Assembly (NCBI GenBank): GCA_038063415.1
Contig: JBBTVD010000009.1
Location: 15,430-79,429, forward strand
Source of the DNA: Patescibacteria group bacterium
Lineage (GTDB): Bacteria > Patescibacteriota > Microgenomatia > Levybacterales > UBA12049
Reading direction: 5' to 3'
Length of the DNA: 64,000 nucleotides
Shown here piece after piece: positions 1 through 8,304 of the stretch. The notes below the pieces were generated by a model that was given only the letters and a program-made list of their open reading frames with translations, was not told where the DNA came from and ran no database searches. Numbering within the stretch: position 1 is the stretch's first letter; each line of letters starts with the position of its first letter. The position numbers and the translations under genes are program-made.

Positions 1-46
1 CTTTTACAGTAAAAAATAAGAGTAATAGGATAGCTGCTTCTGTCAT
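1..46 (-). CDS. 5' end of a probable membrane protein (MTEAAILLLLFFTVK...), continuing past the window edge; next gene of the His-regulated operon
   Basis: ATG overlaps the stop of the methyltransferase gene (ATGA coupling); hydrophobic N-terminus; only 15 codons are visible. Confidence 0.45.
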   Translation of the reverse strand, partial: MTEAAILLLLFFTVK

Positions 47-1089
47 ACTAATTGCCAATCGTCCACAAATTCTGTATCTTTTTTTCTTCTTTCCTCTTTT
101 GCCATAGGGTGGAGCTCTATCGCTGGAGAATACCTGCTTGCCGTGACAGTTCTGCCCAATGCTTCTGCCATTGCCCGTGTGTATGCTGGTGTATTTCCAC
201 AACATCCTCCGATGTAGTTAACTCCAATTTGCTTTGCTTTTTTTGCAAAAGCAGCCATTGCAAATCTATCTAGCTGAAATGGTTCAAGAGCAATAGGATA
301 GGCACCTTTACCGTTTTGTTGCATTGATTCAAAGGTAAGATATTTTTGTGACGTTCTAAATGGAACAGGCTGCATTGCCACGGAGCAGCTTACTTGTTGT
401 CGTATTTTCTCGATAATTGGAAACATTGTTGCCGGACCCCTATCACAATTAAGACCGACAATATCTGCACCATTAGCTTCCAAAATTTTGCAGGCTTCAA
501 CATAATCGTACCCATCACGGGTTTTATCTTTTTGGACACTTGCCAATGTTACCATTGCTGGAAGTCCAAACTCTTTAATCACTTCCAGTGCAATAAGTGC
601 TTCCTCAAGAAAATCATTTGTCTCAGAAATCACAAAATCAACGCCTTCTTCGGAAGCCCACTTGAGCTGTTCTTGATACATCTTACGAACGATTTTTGTA
701 GAGGCTTCTTTATTACTTGAATCATACATCCAGGTATTGCTGATATTTCCTGCAACTAACCCGCCATATTCTTTAGCTGTTTTGTTAGCAATTCGAACTG
801 CCTGTCTATTAAGTTTTTCTAGTTCATTTTCTCTTCCAAGCGTTTGGAGCTGATTCCTGCTGGCATAGTAAGTGAGTGCGACCATTACTTCTGACCCCGC
901 TCGATAAAACTCTCTGTGTAGTTCTGTGACGGCTTCTGGAAAGTCTAGGACCACCTCTGGTATATATGGGCCCGCTTTAATATATCCTCGTTTTTCTAAT
1001 TCAAAAACATACCCTTCCGCTCCTAGCACAATATCCTTTTCAAGCCGTTCTAAAATGCCTACTTTGTTTACTTTTATTTGCTTTTTCAT
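43..1089 (-). CDS. Homocysteine S-methyltransferase family protein (BHMT-like)
   Basis: GLNC and GGCCG zinc-ligand motifs; N-terminal GAEGYVFELEKRGYIKAGPYIPEVVL resembles betaine-homocysteine methyltransferases. Confidence 0.85.
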   Translation of the reverse strand: MKKQIKVNKVGILERLEKDIVLGAEGYVFELEKRGYIKAGPYIPEVVLDFPEAVTELHREFYRAGSEVMVALTYYASRNQLQTLGRENELEKLNRQAVRIANKTAKEYGGLVAGNISNTWMYDSSNKEASTKIVRKMYQEQLKWASEEGVDFVISETNDFLEEALIALEVIKEFGLPAMVTLASVQKDKTRDGYDYVEACKILEANGADIVGLNCDRGPATMFPIIEKIRQQVSCSVAMQPVPFRTSQKYLTFESMQQNGKGAYPIALEPFQLDRFAMAAFAKKAKQIGVNYIGGCCGNTPAYTRAMAEALGRTVTASRYSPAIELHPMAKEERRKKDTEFVDDWQLV

Positions 1090-1090
1090 A

Positions 1091-2248
1091 TTATTTTACA
1101 AACCTTTCGGGCGAGAATTGCTGTATGTTGTAGACTGTGCCATTTTGCAGTGCTAATTGTGCAAGGATCTTCCCGATAAGCGGAGCAAATTTATATCCTG
1201 TTCCTCGCCAGCCTGTCCCGACAGAAATATTTTGATAGTTTGGAAGTTTACCAAGAATAAAATTATCATCGCTTACTAAATCGTAATAACATTGATCTGC
1301 GTCCATAACTTTTTCTGAGCGGACATTTTTTAATGCTGGTAAACATTCGTTAATAAAATCATTAATTGATGTAATGCTGCTTTTCTTTTTATTAAAATCT
1401 GGTGGATTATAATAACCAATTTTTACTGCACCTTTTTCCTTATCAAAAATAGGGTGGCCGTAGATGCCAATATCCAGGTAAGCAAAGACAGGAAAGTGCT
1501 CTGGCATAAATAATGATTGTTGGTTCTTATTAGGGTAAAAATATTTGCATTCTTGTGGTTTATCAGGGGTAATAGGGAAGGAGAGGGTGTTCTTTTTGAG
1601 TAACCCCAGTACGTCATTTGCCCATCTTCCGGCTGTTATGACAACCTTTTTGCTTGTTAGTAGTTCTTCTGTTGTTGTTATGCAAACCTCTTTAGCTGTT
1701 TCTTCTACATTAATAATTTCAGTAATTTCTTTTATCTGCACATTTCTTTCTTTTAGTATTTGGAGCAAGAGATCAGTTATCGGTGGCAGATAAAGAAATC
1801 CTGCTTTAACATCAAGATAGGCCATGTCTACCTCAAATTGCGGGAAACGTTTCTGTAATGCTTTTGTACCAAATTTTTTTGTGGCAAATTTAAGATTTTT
1901 TATATTTTGGAAGCTTTGCTCTGCATACGTTTCTTTCATATTTGGAGTGATTGATTTCTTTGCGAGATTGAGACAACCACAATCGATAAAGAATTTCTCC
2001 TTAGACTTTGCTTCGAGCTCTTTCCAAAGTAGCTGTGCTTCATACGACATTGTTGCATAGAGAGGATCTAGATAATCGTTACGGATTGATCGTGTGAAAC
2101 TAAATGACGAAGCTTCTTTATTGTCGCTGCCAATAACTCGTTTTTCAATAATCGTAATGTTCTTCACAAAACGAGACGCATAATACGCAGTCATAAGTCC
2201 CATGATGCCACCACCAATAATTACTAAATCTTGTTGTTTATTTTTCAT
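1091..2248 (-). CDS. FAD-dependent oxidoreductase, sarcosine oxidase / N-methyltryptophan oxidase-like
   Basis: IIGGGIMG FAD motif, SS..TR.IR..Y, CYYDLVSDDNFILG and G.G.GYKFAPLIGKILAQLA. Confidence 0.85.
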   Translation of the reverse strand: MKNKQQDLVIIGGGIMGLMTAYYASRFVKNITIIEKRVIGSDNKEASSFSFTRSIRNDYLDPLYATMSYEAQLLWKELEAKSKEKFFIDCGCLNLAKKSITPNMKETYAEQSFQNIKNLKFATKKFGTKALQKRFPQFEVDMAYLDVKAGFLYLPPITDLLLQILKERNVQIKEITEIINVEETAKEVCITTTEELLTSKKVVITAGRWANDVLGLLKKNTLSFPITPDKPQECKYFYPNKNQQSLFMPEHFPVFAYLDIGIYGHPIFDKEKGAVKIGYYNPPDFNKKKSSITSINDFINECLPALKNVRSEKVMDADQCYYDLVSDDNFILGKLPNYQNISVGTGWRGTGYKFAPLIGKILAQLALQNGTVYNIQQFSPERFVK

Positions 2249-3738
2249 AATAATTTTCTCACCTCATCATAGTCTTTCTGGTTATAAATGGCATAAGGTT
2301 CTTTATAATAATATGCCCATTCACGGTCACCATACGAGAAATGCCACCATTCACCATCAAAAGGAGAAAAACCTACATCAGTTAGTAATTGCCTTAAAAG
2401 CATACGGTTATTAGATGCTTCAGATGAAATAGAGTCAGTAAAAACATAACAGTCTTTTATCAAATAGTCATATTGTTTTGATCCAAAATCTAGTATCTTA
2501 TTTGTTTTTTCATCTTTGATAACGATGTCAATTGCGCCACCTGTTGGATGTCCTGCAACAGTAGGTACGGCAATAAAGCGGTGAACCTCTTCGTACATAT
2601 CGATAGGATTTTCAAAAAATGAATCAATATTTTTTAACTCTTGAAGAAATTTCCTCTTCTGTATTTCGAGGTTTCTATATCCATATGTAATAACAAGTGT
2701 ATAATTTTTATTTACTTTTTTAAGCTGTTTCTGGGCTTGTAGCAGCATGTTATAGATTTTTTCACGTACGATGATCTGTGAACCAGTGATACTTTTCATA
2801 TCATCCATTCCTGGCATGTATTCAGTAGAAATTTGATCCTGATCTATCTTTATCCAGCCATCTTTGTTATCTTTGGTTTTAATTGGCTGCAAATCTTGAT
2901 ACCGAACCATTGTTTTCTCTAAGTCCCGAGTATTTTTTGGTAATCTTTTAATTGGTCCACTTATTTCAGCATACCCAAAGTTCTTTTTATCAAAGAAAAC
3001 GGATGCCTTAATGACTAACCCTGATGGTTGAATAACTGCAAGTTCTGTAATAGATTTACCGGTTTTCAGGGCTTCAACCATTGTTACCGCCATACTTCCA
3101 CTTCCACAGGCTGTTTCAAAAAAAGTTGTTTGGATCTCTCGTACATACACAATCGGAGCAATTGTATAGCTATCGCCTTCTTTTTGAGCAAAAATATATC
3201 CTACAGCTTGGGCTTGATCATAACCAAGTTTTTTAATTTCTTTCAGCCCTTTATCTTTAATTTGCTCAGAGGTAAGCCCTTGAATAGAAGAAGAAAAGTC
3301 TACATAGTGAACAATCCCTTCCATTTCAACGATAAAGTTCCCAGAATATTTTTGATCTGACATGATCTTTTTGGGATCAGCAAAGATTGGGATTTGCGCA
3401 TAAGCTTCGCCATCTGATCTTATGCCAGCTTTTAGTTTTTTATTTACACCCGAAACCTTAATTAAGATATCTCCTGGTTTGCCCTCAAGTATTTCGTACG
3501 CTGCGCATCGAGTAGCATTTGCACAAAATTCTTCTCCTGCCATTATCAGTTCAGCCTTATTTGCATCATTATTTATAAAGCCGACTTGTTCAACGTTTGG
3601 ATATTCATCCAATATCAAATCATTAATTTCTCTCCGTTTTTTGTCAGAATAAACTATACCTAAAATAAGGGCGGTGTCATTTTCTCCTGGTCTTAGAAGA
3701 GAAGCTATTGCTGTTGTTGATTGTTGGTTATTTTTCAT
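2245..3738 (-). CDS. Fusion of a DapF/CntK-like amino-acid racemase and a VanX-like (M15D) D,D-dipeptidase
   Basis: N-terminal PGENDTAL, EQVGFI, MAGEEFCANATR and ETACGSGS (two catalytic Cys); C-terminal YGYR, AGHPTGGAIDI and EWWHFSYGDREWA; AGGAG RBS before ATG 3738. Confidence 0.85.
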   Translation of the reverse strand: MKNNQQSTTAIASLLRPGENDTALILGIVYSDKKRREINDLILDEYPNVEQVGFINNDANKAELIMAGEEFCANATRCAAYEILEGKPGDILIKVSGVNKKLKAGIRSDGEAYAQIPIFADPKKIMSDQKYSGNFIVEMEGIVHYVDFSSSIQGLTSEQIKDKGLKEIKKLGYDQAQAVGYIFAQKEGDSYTIAPIVYVREIQTTFFETACGSGSMAVTMVEALKTGKSITELAVIQPSGLVIKASVFFDKKNFGYAEISGPIKRLPKNTRDLEKTMVRYQDLQPIKTKDNKDGWIKIDQDQISTEYMPGMDDMKSITGSQIIVREKIYNMLLQAQKQLKKVNKNYTLVITYGYRNLEIQKRKFLQELKNIDSFFENPIDMYEEVHRFIAVPTVAGHPTGGAIDIVIKDEKTNKILDFGSKQYDYLIKDCYVFTDSISSEASNNRMLLRQLLTDVGFSPFDGEWWHFSYGDREWAYYYKEPYAIYNQKDYDEVRKLL

Positions 3739-3853
3739 CTTTCTCCTTTCCTGCGACAAAACCGACGTAAGCCCCCGTAGATACTTGTAAAGCTTTCAGT
3801 GCTACTTCTTGTCCGATAGAAGGACTAATGGTATTTGTTATTGTTTCTTTCAT
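3728..3853 (-). CDS. 41-aa small ORF (MKETITNTISPSIGQEVALKALQVSTGAYVGFVAGKEKDEK), first gene after the attenuator
   Basis: GGGAG RBS upstream; its 3' end overlaps the start of the racemase gene; absent from the ORF track (under 60 aa). Confidence 0.55.
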   Translation of the reverse strand: MKETITNTISPSIGQEVALKALQVSTGAYVGFVAGKEKDEK

Positions 3854-3862
3854 AATTATCTC

Positions 3863-3882
3863 CCTGCCTGCCGGCAGGCAGG
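3863..3882. repeat. 20-bp perfect palindrome CCTGCCTGCCGGCAGGCAGG (mini palindromic element)
   Basis: Directly visible self-complementary sequence. Confidence 0.75.
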
Positions 3883-3885
3883 CAT

Positions 3886-3911
3886 AAAAAAACCGCCCTT
3901 GTCGGCGGTTT
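3886..3911 (-). terminator. Attenuator terminator (3:4 hairpin)
   Basis: AAACCGCC-GACAAG-GGCGGTTTTTTT on the minus strand: GC stem followed by a U tract. Confidence 0.85.
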
Positions 3912-3937
3912 GATTCTTCTTGTTTTTACACACAAAA

Positions 3938-3997
3938 TCACACCACCGAAAGAGGCGTGTGATGATGGTTTTGTGCATTTATGTTACTTTTTTTCAT
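3938..3997 (-). CDS. His leader peptide MKKSNINAQNHHHTPLSVV of a ribosome-mediated attenuator
   Basis: Tandem CAT CAT CAC codons; mutually exclusive 1:2, 2:3 and 3:4 pairings visible downstream. Confidence 0.8.
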   Translation of the reverse strand: MKKSNINAQNHHHTPLSVV

Positions 3998-4015
3998 AGT
4001 GTTGCAAATAAAATT

Positions 4016-4078
4016 TGTCATTCCTGCGGAAGCAGGAATCCAGAATATTGTGGATCCCGGATCATGTCCGGGATGACA
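4016..4078. repeat. REP/RPE-like palindromic element (GTCATTCC...GGATGAC family)
   Basis: Two hairpins with TGTCAT/ATGACA termini; close relative at 20719-20806. Confidence 0.85.
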
Positions 4079-4084
4079 GTTAAT

Positions 4085-4372
4085 TTATATTCCCTTTTGT
4101 TTCTTTAGGACAAGACGATAACCACCTTTGCCTTCAGTTAACCATTTATTAATTCTTGCAATCGTTGTACTGCTCATGCCTGTTTCTTTTTCTATCGTTT
4201 GATAGGGGATCTTTTGATCCAGCATCTGGGCGACTCGCCAACGATTCGCAAATTCTTTAATTTCAGCCTCAGTAAGCAGATCCCGCAAGAACTTTTTACA
4301 TTCGTCTTCTGTCTCAAGAGAAAGAATTGCTTTATATAATTCTTTGCCAATTTTTTCAGAAAAGGTAAGCAT
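4085..4372 (-). CDS. YerC/YecD family TrpR-like repressor (HisR-like)
   Basis: FLRDLLT..EI..FANRWRVAQML and TGMSSTTIARINKWL..G.GGY are typical of YerC/YecD. Confidence 0.9.
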   Translation of the reverse strand: MLTFSEKIGKELYKAILSLETEDECKKFLRDLLTEAEIKEFANRWRVAQMLDQKIPYQTIEKETGMSSTTIARINKWLTEGKGGYRLVLKKQKGI

Positions 4373-4420
4373 ACTTTACTAAGATAAAGTGATTATATCG
4401 CTTTACTTTGGTAAAGTCAA
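4372..4420 (-). promoter_or_regulatory. Sigma70 promoter (TTGACT-N17-TATAAT) overlapped by two CTTTA-N6-TAAAG palindromic operators
   Basis: -35 at 4420-4415 and -10 at 4397-4392; operators TACTTTACTAAGATAAAGTG (4372-4391) and CGCTTTACTTTGGTAAAGTC (4399-4418). Confidence 0.8.
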
Positions 4421-4429
4421 GGATCTATT

Positions 4430-5320
4430 CTATTTCGTTACAGGTTGTTTGGGAGCAAGTGCAGCTGCAGTAGCTTGTAGTACTGCAATCGTTAATGCTT
4501 TTAGTGCACCAAGAAGTGTTATTTTTGATGTTAGTTCTGTTCGTTCATCTTCAGTCATTGCAGCTCCTTTATTCATGATTCCTTGTATCCTATCATTTAT
4601 TCCCCTCATTTGTCCGTCTACTGCTGTAGAGAATTCTTTAGGACCTTTACTAATTGCTATGGCAAGTGTTCCATTTGGATTTGCCAAAAAATAATCTATT
4701 ACTTTTTGTTTCTCGCTTGCAGAAAGATACGGATTCAATCCTTTGGCTTCTAATTCTTTTTCCACAACTCCCTTGATGTGCCGCTGTTCAGCAGTTAGTT
4801 CTTTTGGAGCAGGCTCCCCAGGTTTAGGATTTTCTCCCGTCTGTAGATATCTTTCAGCTTCTTCAGCAAGCTCTTCAGCTTGCGGAGAGGTCTGTGTCTG
4901 TTCATCGGTAATAGATCCTTCCTTTGTGGATTGAGGTGAAGCGTTATTGTTCTCTGTATCTTTTATTCTTTGTAATGCTACAGTTGTTTCATCTTTGGTT
5001 AGTTCTCCTTTCCTGAAAGCCGCAAAAACATCGTCTTCTGTCTGAAAGTCGGGTTTACTATTCTTATTTTCTGAGGTTACTGGCGAATTATCCGTCTCTT
5101 GTTTTCCTGAAGACGGAGCCTGTTCAGATTCCGGATTTTTCTGATTAAAGTCACCTTTCGCGAGAGATTCGAGTATTTCCCCTGGAGGAGTGCCTAATGT
5201 GGCTGCTTGATCTAATGCATTGCTTACAGCTGCATTTTCATTAGAGGCCTTTTTAGGAGTTTCCTCGTGACTAGGTAATTCAGGTGTGGGTTGCTGTGAA
5301 CCTCCTTCAGGTCCTGACAT
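4430..5320 (-). CDS. Hypothetical protein with acidic, low-complexity N-terminus
   Basis: 296-aa ORF with GGAGG RBS; no recognisable motif. Confidence 0.7.
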   Translation of the reverse strand: MSGPEGGSQQPTPELPSHEETPKKASNENAAVSNALDQAATLGTPPGEILESLAKGDFNQKNPESEQAPSSGKQETDNSPVTSENKNSKPDFQTEDDVFAAFRKGELTKDETTVALQRIKDTENNNASPQSTKEGSITDEQTQTSPQAEELAEEAERYLQTGENPKPGEPAPKELTAEQRHIKGVVEKELEAKGLNPYLSASEKQKVIDYFLANPNGTLAIAISKGPKEFSTAVDGQMRGINDRIQGIMNKGAAMTEDERTELTSKITLLGALKALTIAVLQATAAALAPKQPVTK

Positions 5321-5421
5321 CGAAATTTCCTCCCTTCACAATGTTTATTTGTTGTTTAATCACCTCAATATTATACTATAATTTATAGCTCTTTGTACGT
5401 GCCTTTTGATATCAAGATATG

Positions 5422-6519
5422 CTAAATTTCGATGAGATCTTTTGAGGATGTAGTTAACTGAACAAGTTTATTTTTCTGAATAGTAAAGACATCTTCAATT
5501 CGTACTCCAATATCATCTACCAAATAAATCCCTGGTTCAATAGTAAAGACCATATTTTCTTCAAGTAACGTTTCGAGTTGTGCAGAAAAAACGGGTGCTT
5601 CATGGACATCGATACCAATTCCATGACTCATATGTTGGAATGGGGGATAGCCTTTCTCAACAATATAATCACGTCCTACTTGATCAACCTCATTTGCTTT
5701 GATTGATTCATTGAGTAGCAGTTTTTTTTGAATAAATTCGGTAGATTTCTGCAGAGCATCAAGGACTGTCTGATAGACATTTTTGTCATGGAGAGAAGCT
5801 TTACCAAAGAAAACCGTACGGGTCATATCTGAGCAATAGTTAGCAACTTTTGTCCCAACGTCCATCAAAATACAATCTCCATTTTTAACCTTTTGTTTAC
5901 TTGGAACATGGTGTGGAAATGCGGCATTCCCACCAAAGGCAACGATGGTAGAAAACGCTATCTCAGCATCAAGTTTTTTAATGGCAAAATCAATCTCTGC
6001 TGCCAGCATTTTTTCAGTTGTCTTTTCGGTAATCTTTGGAAGTATCTGGGAGAAGACCTGATCTTCTACTTGGCATGCCTCTTGGATTGCTACTATCTCC
6101 TGAGATGTTTTTATCAATCGGAGAGGTGAGACCACGTCAGCCGGAACAAAAAGCTTTTTGCTTAGCATGTTGGTTATATTTTGTAATTCAGCAACTCGTA
6201 GATCAAACGCTTCATAGGCAATCTTTTGTAACTTTTTCTTTTCAACGATTTCAGTAAGGGTCAAGGGTAGGGGGCGTGCTCTGGAAATGGGAAGGAACTG
6301 ATATTCTCCAAGATGCTTTTTTACAGCGTCAGCATACAGAGGGTAGGTCAAAAAAAACTGCTCGTCTTGTGTAATCAAGAGAAATGCGTCACCACGCTCT
6401 TGTAATGTTTTCCCTGCAAATTCTGTCAGGTACACAACATTGGCATATGAAGAAACAAGTACAGCATCAAAAGCGTTTTCTCGAAGGGTAGCTTGAAGCT
6501 TTCGTATTCGTGTTGTCAT
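5422..6519 (-). CDS. Xaa-Pro aminopeptidase (M24 family)
   Basis: YCSDMTRT, HGIGIDVHEAP, FTIEPGIY and GVRIED. Confidence 0.92.
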   Translation of the reverse strand: MTTRIRKLQATLRENAFDAVLVSSYANVVYLTEFAGKTLQERGDAFLLITQDEQFFLTYPLYADAVKKHLGEYQFLPISRARPLPLTLTEIVEKKKLQKIAYEAFDLRVAELQNITNMLSKKLFVPADVVSPLRLIKTSQEIVAIQEACQVEDQVFSQILPKITEKTTEKMLAAEIDFAIKKLDAEIAFSTIVAFGGNAAFPHHVPSKQKVKNGDCILMDVGTKVANYCSDMTRTVFFGKASLHDKNVYQTVLDALQKSTEFIQKKLLLNESIKANEVDQVGRDYIVEKGYPPFQHMSHGIGIDVHEAPVFSAQLETLLEENMVFTIEPGIYLVDDIGVRIEDVFTIQKNKLVQLTTSSKDLIEI

Positions 6520-6525
6520 ACGAGA

Positions 6526-7266
6526 TTAATTGGCTGCCGGTGAAGAAGTTTCTGTTTCCAAAGAAATCCCAGGATGAGCTGGCAACTCAGGGAAGAATGT
6601 TAATCTGCTTGTGACAATGAGCGATGGATCTGTCTTGTCTGGGAATCCGATAGCAATAATCCGCTGTCCGACAGTGAGCTTTGAGAAACCAGCTTTAACT
6701 AGATCTTCTGCACTGTACTCATAGATTTTTGTGATCGTGCTGACATCAATTTTCTGCTCTTTGTTCTCAGGAGTCTTAATCGTGATAACAAAGTTTTTCT
6801 TATCAATTGCAGCTATTGCTCCCGTTATGATCGTTGGATCAATAGACAATCTGATAAAACGAGCAAGAAGATGTCTGGACTGTTTATTGTAGAGACCTAA
6901 GGCACTTATTTTGGTTCCTTTTTTAATATCTGAAAGGCCAAATGCTCCAGCTCCTGAGGAAGTGAATTTAGTAAGCTCATCGACATCAATAAAACGTTTT
7001 TTATTTTCGATATCAATAATAGTGATTTGGTTGCCTGATACTTCTTCGACCGTACCTATAATGCCTCTCTTTTCGACAAGGTTAAGTTCAGAAACTCGGG
7101 AAGCTATTTTTTCTTTAAGATTACTAATTTGACTGTCAAGTTTATTACTTGTCGTTTCTCCGGCAGGTTCATTTGTTGGTGCTTGTGCTGCCGCGAAAGT
7201 AGCACTTGGCATGAGAGCTGTAAGTATAAGGGTAACAATAAGAGAAAAATAACGAATGTTTTTCAT
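6526..7266 (-). CDS. Secreted hypothetical protein with two OB-fold-like (DUF5666-like) repeats
   Basis: Signal peptide; repeated G.I..I....ITI / LK.G..I.A.G pattern. Confidence 0.6.
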   Translation of the reverse strand: MKNIRYFSLIVTLILTALMPSATFAAAQAPTNEPAGETTSNKLDSQISNLKEKIASRVSELNLVEKRGIIGTVEEVSGNQITIIDIENKKRFIDVDELTKFTSSGAGAFGLSDIKKGTKISALGLYNKQSRHLLARFIRLSIDPTIITGAIAAIDKKNFVITIKTPENKEQKIDVSTITKIYEYSAEDLVKAGFSKLTVGQRIIAIGFPDKTDPSLIVTSRLTFFPELPAHPGISLETETSSPAAN

Positions 7267-7275
7267 AACTATGTT

Positions 7276-7713
7276 TTAAAACGTCTCACTAGTATAGGTA
7301 ACTGTTTTTGCAATTTGTTTTTCTTCACCATTTGGGAAGATAGCAGTAATATAGATAATAGTCGTACCATCGGGGATCGTCTGTGTCAAAGAGAAGCTTC
7401 CATCTGTTGATGGCTTCACGATTTGGTCAACGGCTTCAGCGGTAACAATAACCGTTGCATCGGCTGCTGTTTTACCATTTACCGTAATAATTTTTTTATC
7501 AAAAACCTCTTCCTCTTTTGGAGAATTAATTGTCAAAATATTACCTTTATCTGGAGTAGGTGAGGGGGTTATCTTTGTTTTGGTTGTTGTAATAGGATTA
7601 TCTTCTCCTGCTGGAAGCGTCCTGGTCATCTGGTAAAAGTAAAATGCTCCACCGGCAGCTACCAGACCGACAAGAATAGCAATAAATGAGAGGACAACTT
7701 TTTCTGCTTTCAC
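7276..7713 (-). CDS. Membrane-anchored protein with a bacterial Ig-like domain
   Basis: N-terminal TM helix, P/T linker, LTINSP...ITVNGKT...DGSFS pattern; GTG start. Confidence 0.65.
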   Translation of the reverse strand: MKAEKVVLSFIAILVGLVAAGGAFYFYQMTRTLPAGEDNPITTTKTKITPSPTPDKGNILTINSPKEEEVFDKKIITVNGKTAADATVIVTAEAVDQIVKPSTDGSFSLTQTIPDGTTIIYITAIFPNGEEKQIAKTVTYTSETF

Positions 7714-7777
7714 AGCGCAATCATACTCAAAAAGCCAACCCTTGTCAAGGAAAGATAGCTATGTTAGTATGGTTTAC

Positions 7778-8284
7778 ATGGAAATTATTGCATTAGGATC
7801 AGAAGGCGTGCGACTCAAGGGCAAACAAGCAGTTTTTAGCGTCAATGCAACGGACAAAGCAGCAAATGGCACCTTCCTTTTTGCTCCAGCTATGCAAGCT
7901 GTAATCGATAATGAAGATAGTATTGTGCTTAGTGGTCCGGGCGACTATGAACTACGAGGGGTCAAGATTACCGGGATCCGTGGTGGTGATACAACCGTTT
8001 ATAGTATGATTCTTGATGGAGTTTCCATTGCAGTTGGGAATTTGCAAGCAATTCAGTCGTTACAGACCAAACTAAAAGAACAAAATATCATCATTGCGTA
8101 CTGTACGACAGAAGAGAACGCGTCGTTTTTGACATCACTTGCCTCCAATGCCCTTGTCTTTTATGGACCAAAAGCAGCAACGGTAAATCAAGTGTTTCCT
8201 AAAGAGAAATCACAGACCATTGCAAAATATCAAACGACCCTTGAAAAACTCCCACTTGAAATGGAAACAATTGTACTTGAATAG
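7778..8284 (+). CDS. MBL-fold-like protein lacking the HxHxDH motif (probably non-catalytic)
   Basis: GPGDYELRGVKITGI motif of the short MBL-fold family; metal-ligand His residues absent. Confidence 0.6.
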   Translation: MEIIALGSEGVRLKGKQAVFSVNATDKAANGTFLFAPAMQAVIDNEDSIVLSGPGDYELRGVKITGIRGGDTTVYSMILDGVSIAVGNLQAIQSLQTKLKEQNIIIAYCTTEENASFLTSLASNALVFYGPKAATVNQVFPKEKSQTIAKYQTTLEKLPLEMETIVLE

Positions 8285-8304
8285 TATCAGAGTTGCGATG
8301 CACT

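Noticed and set aside
3920-4108. Plus-strand 62-aa ORF
   Set aside because: It is antisense to the attenuator and runs through a palindromic repeat, so it is probably spurious. The same applies to most short antisense ORFs in the track.
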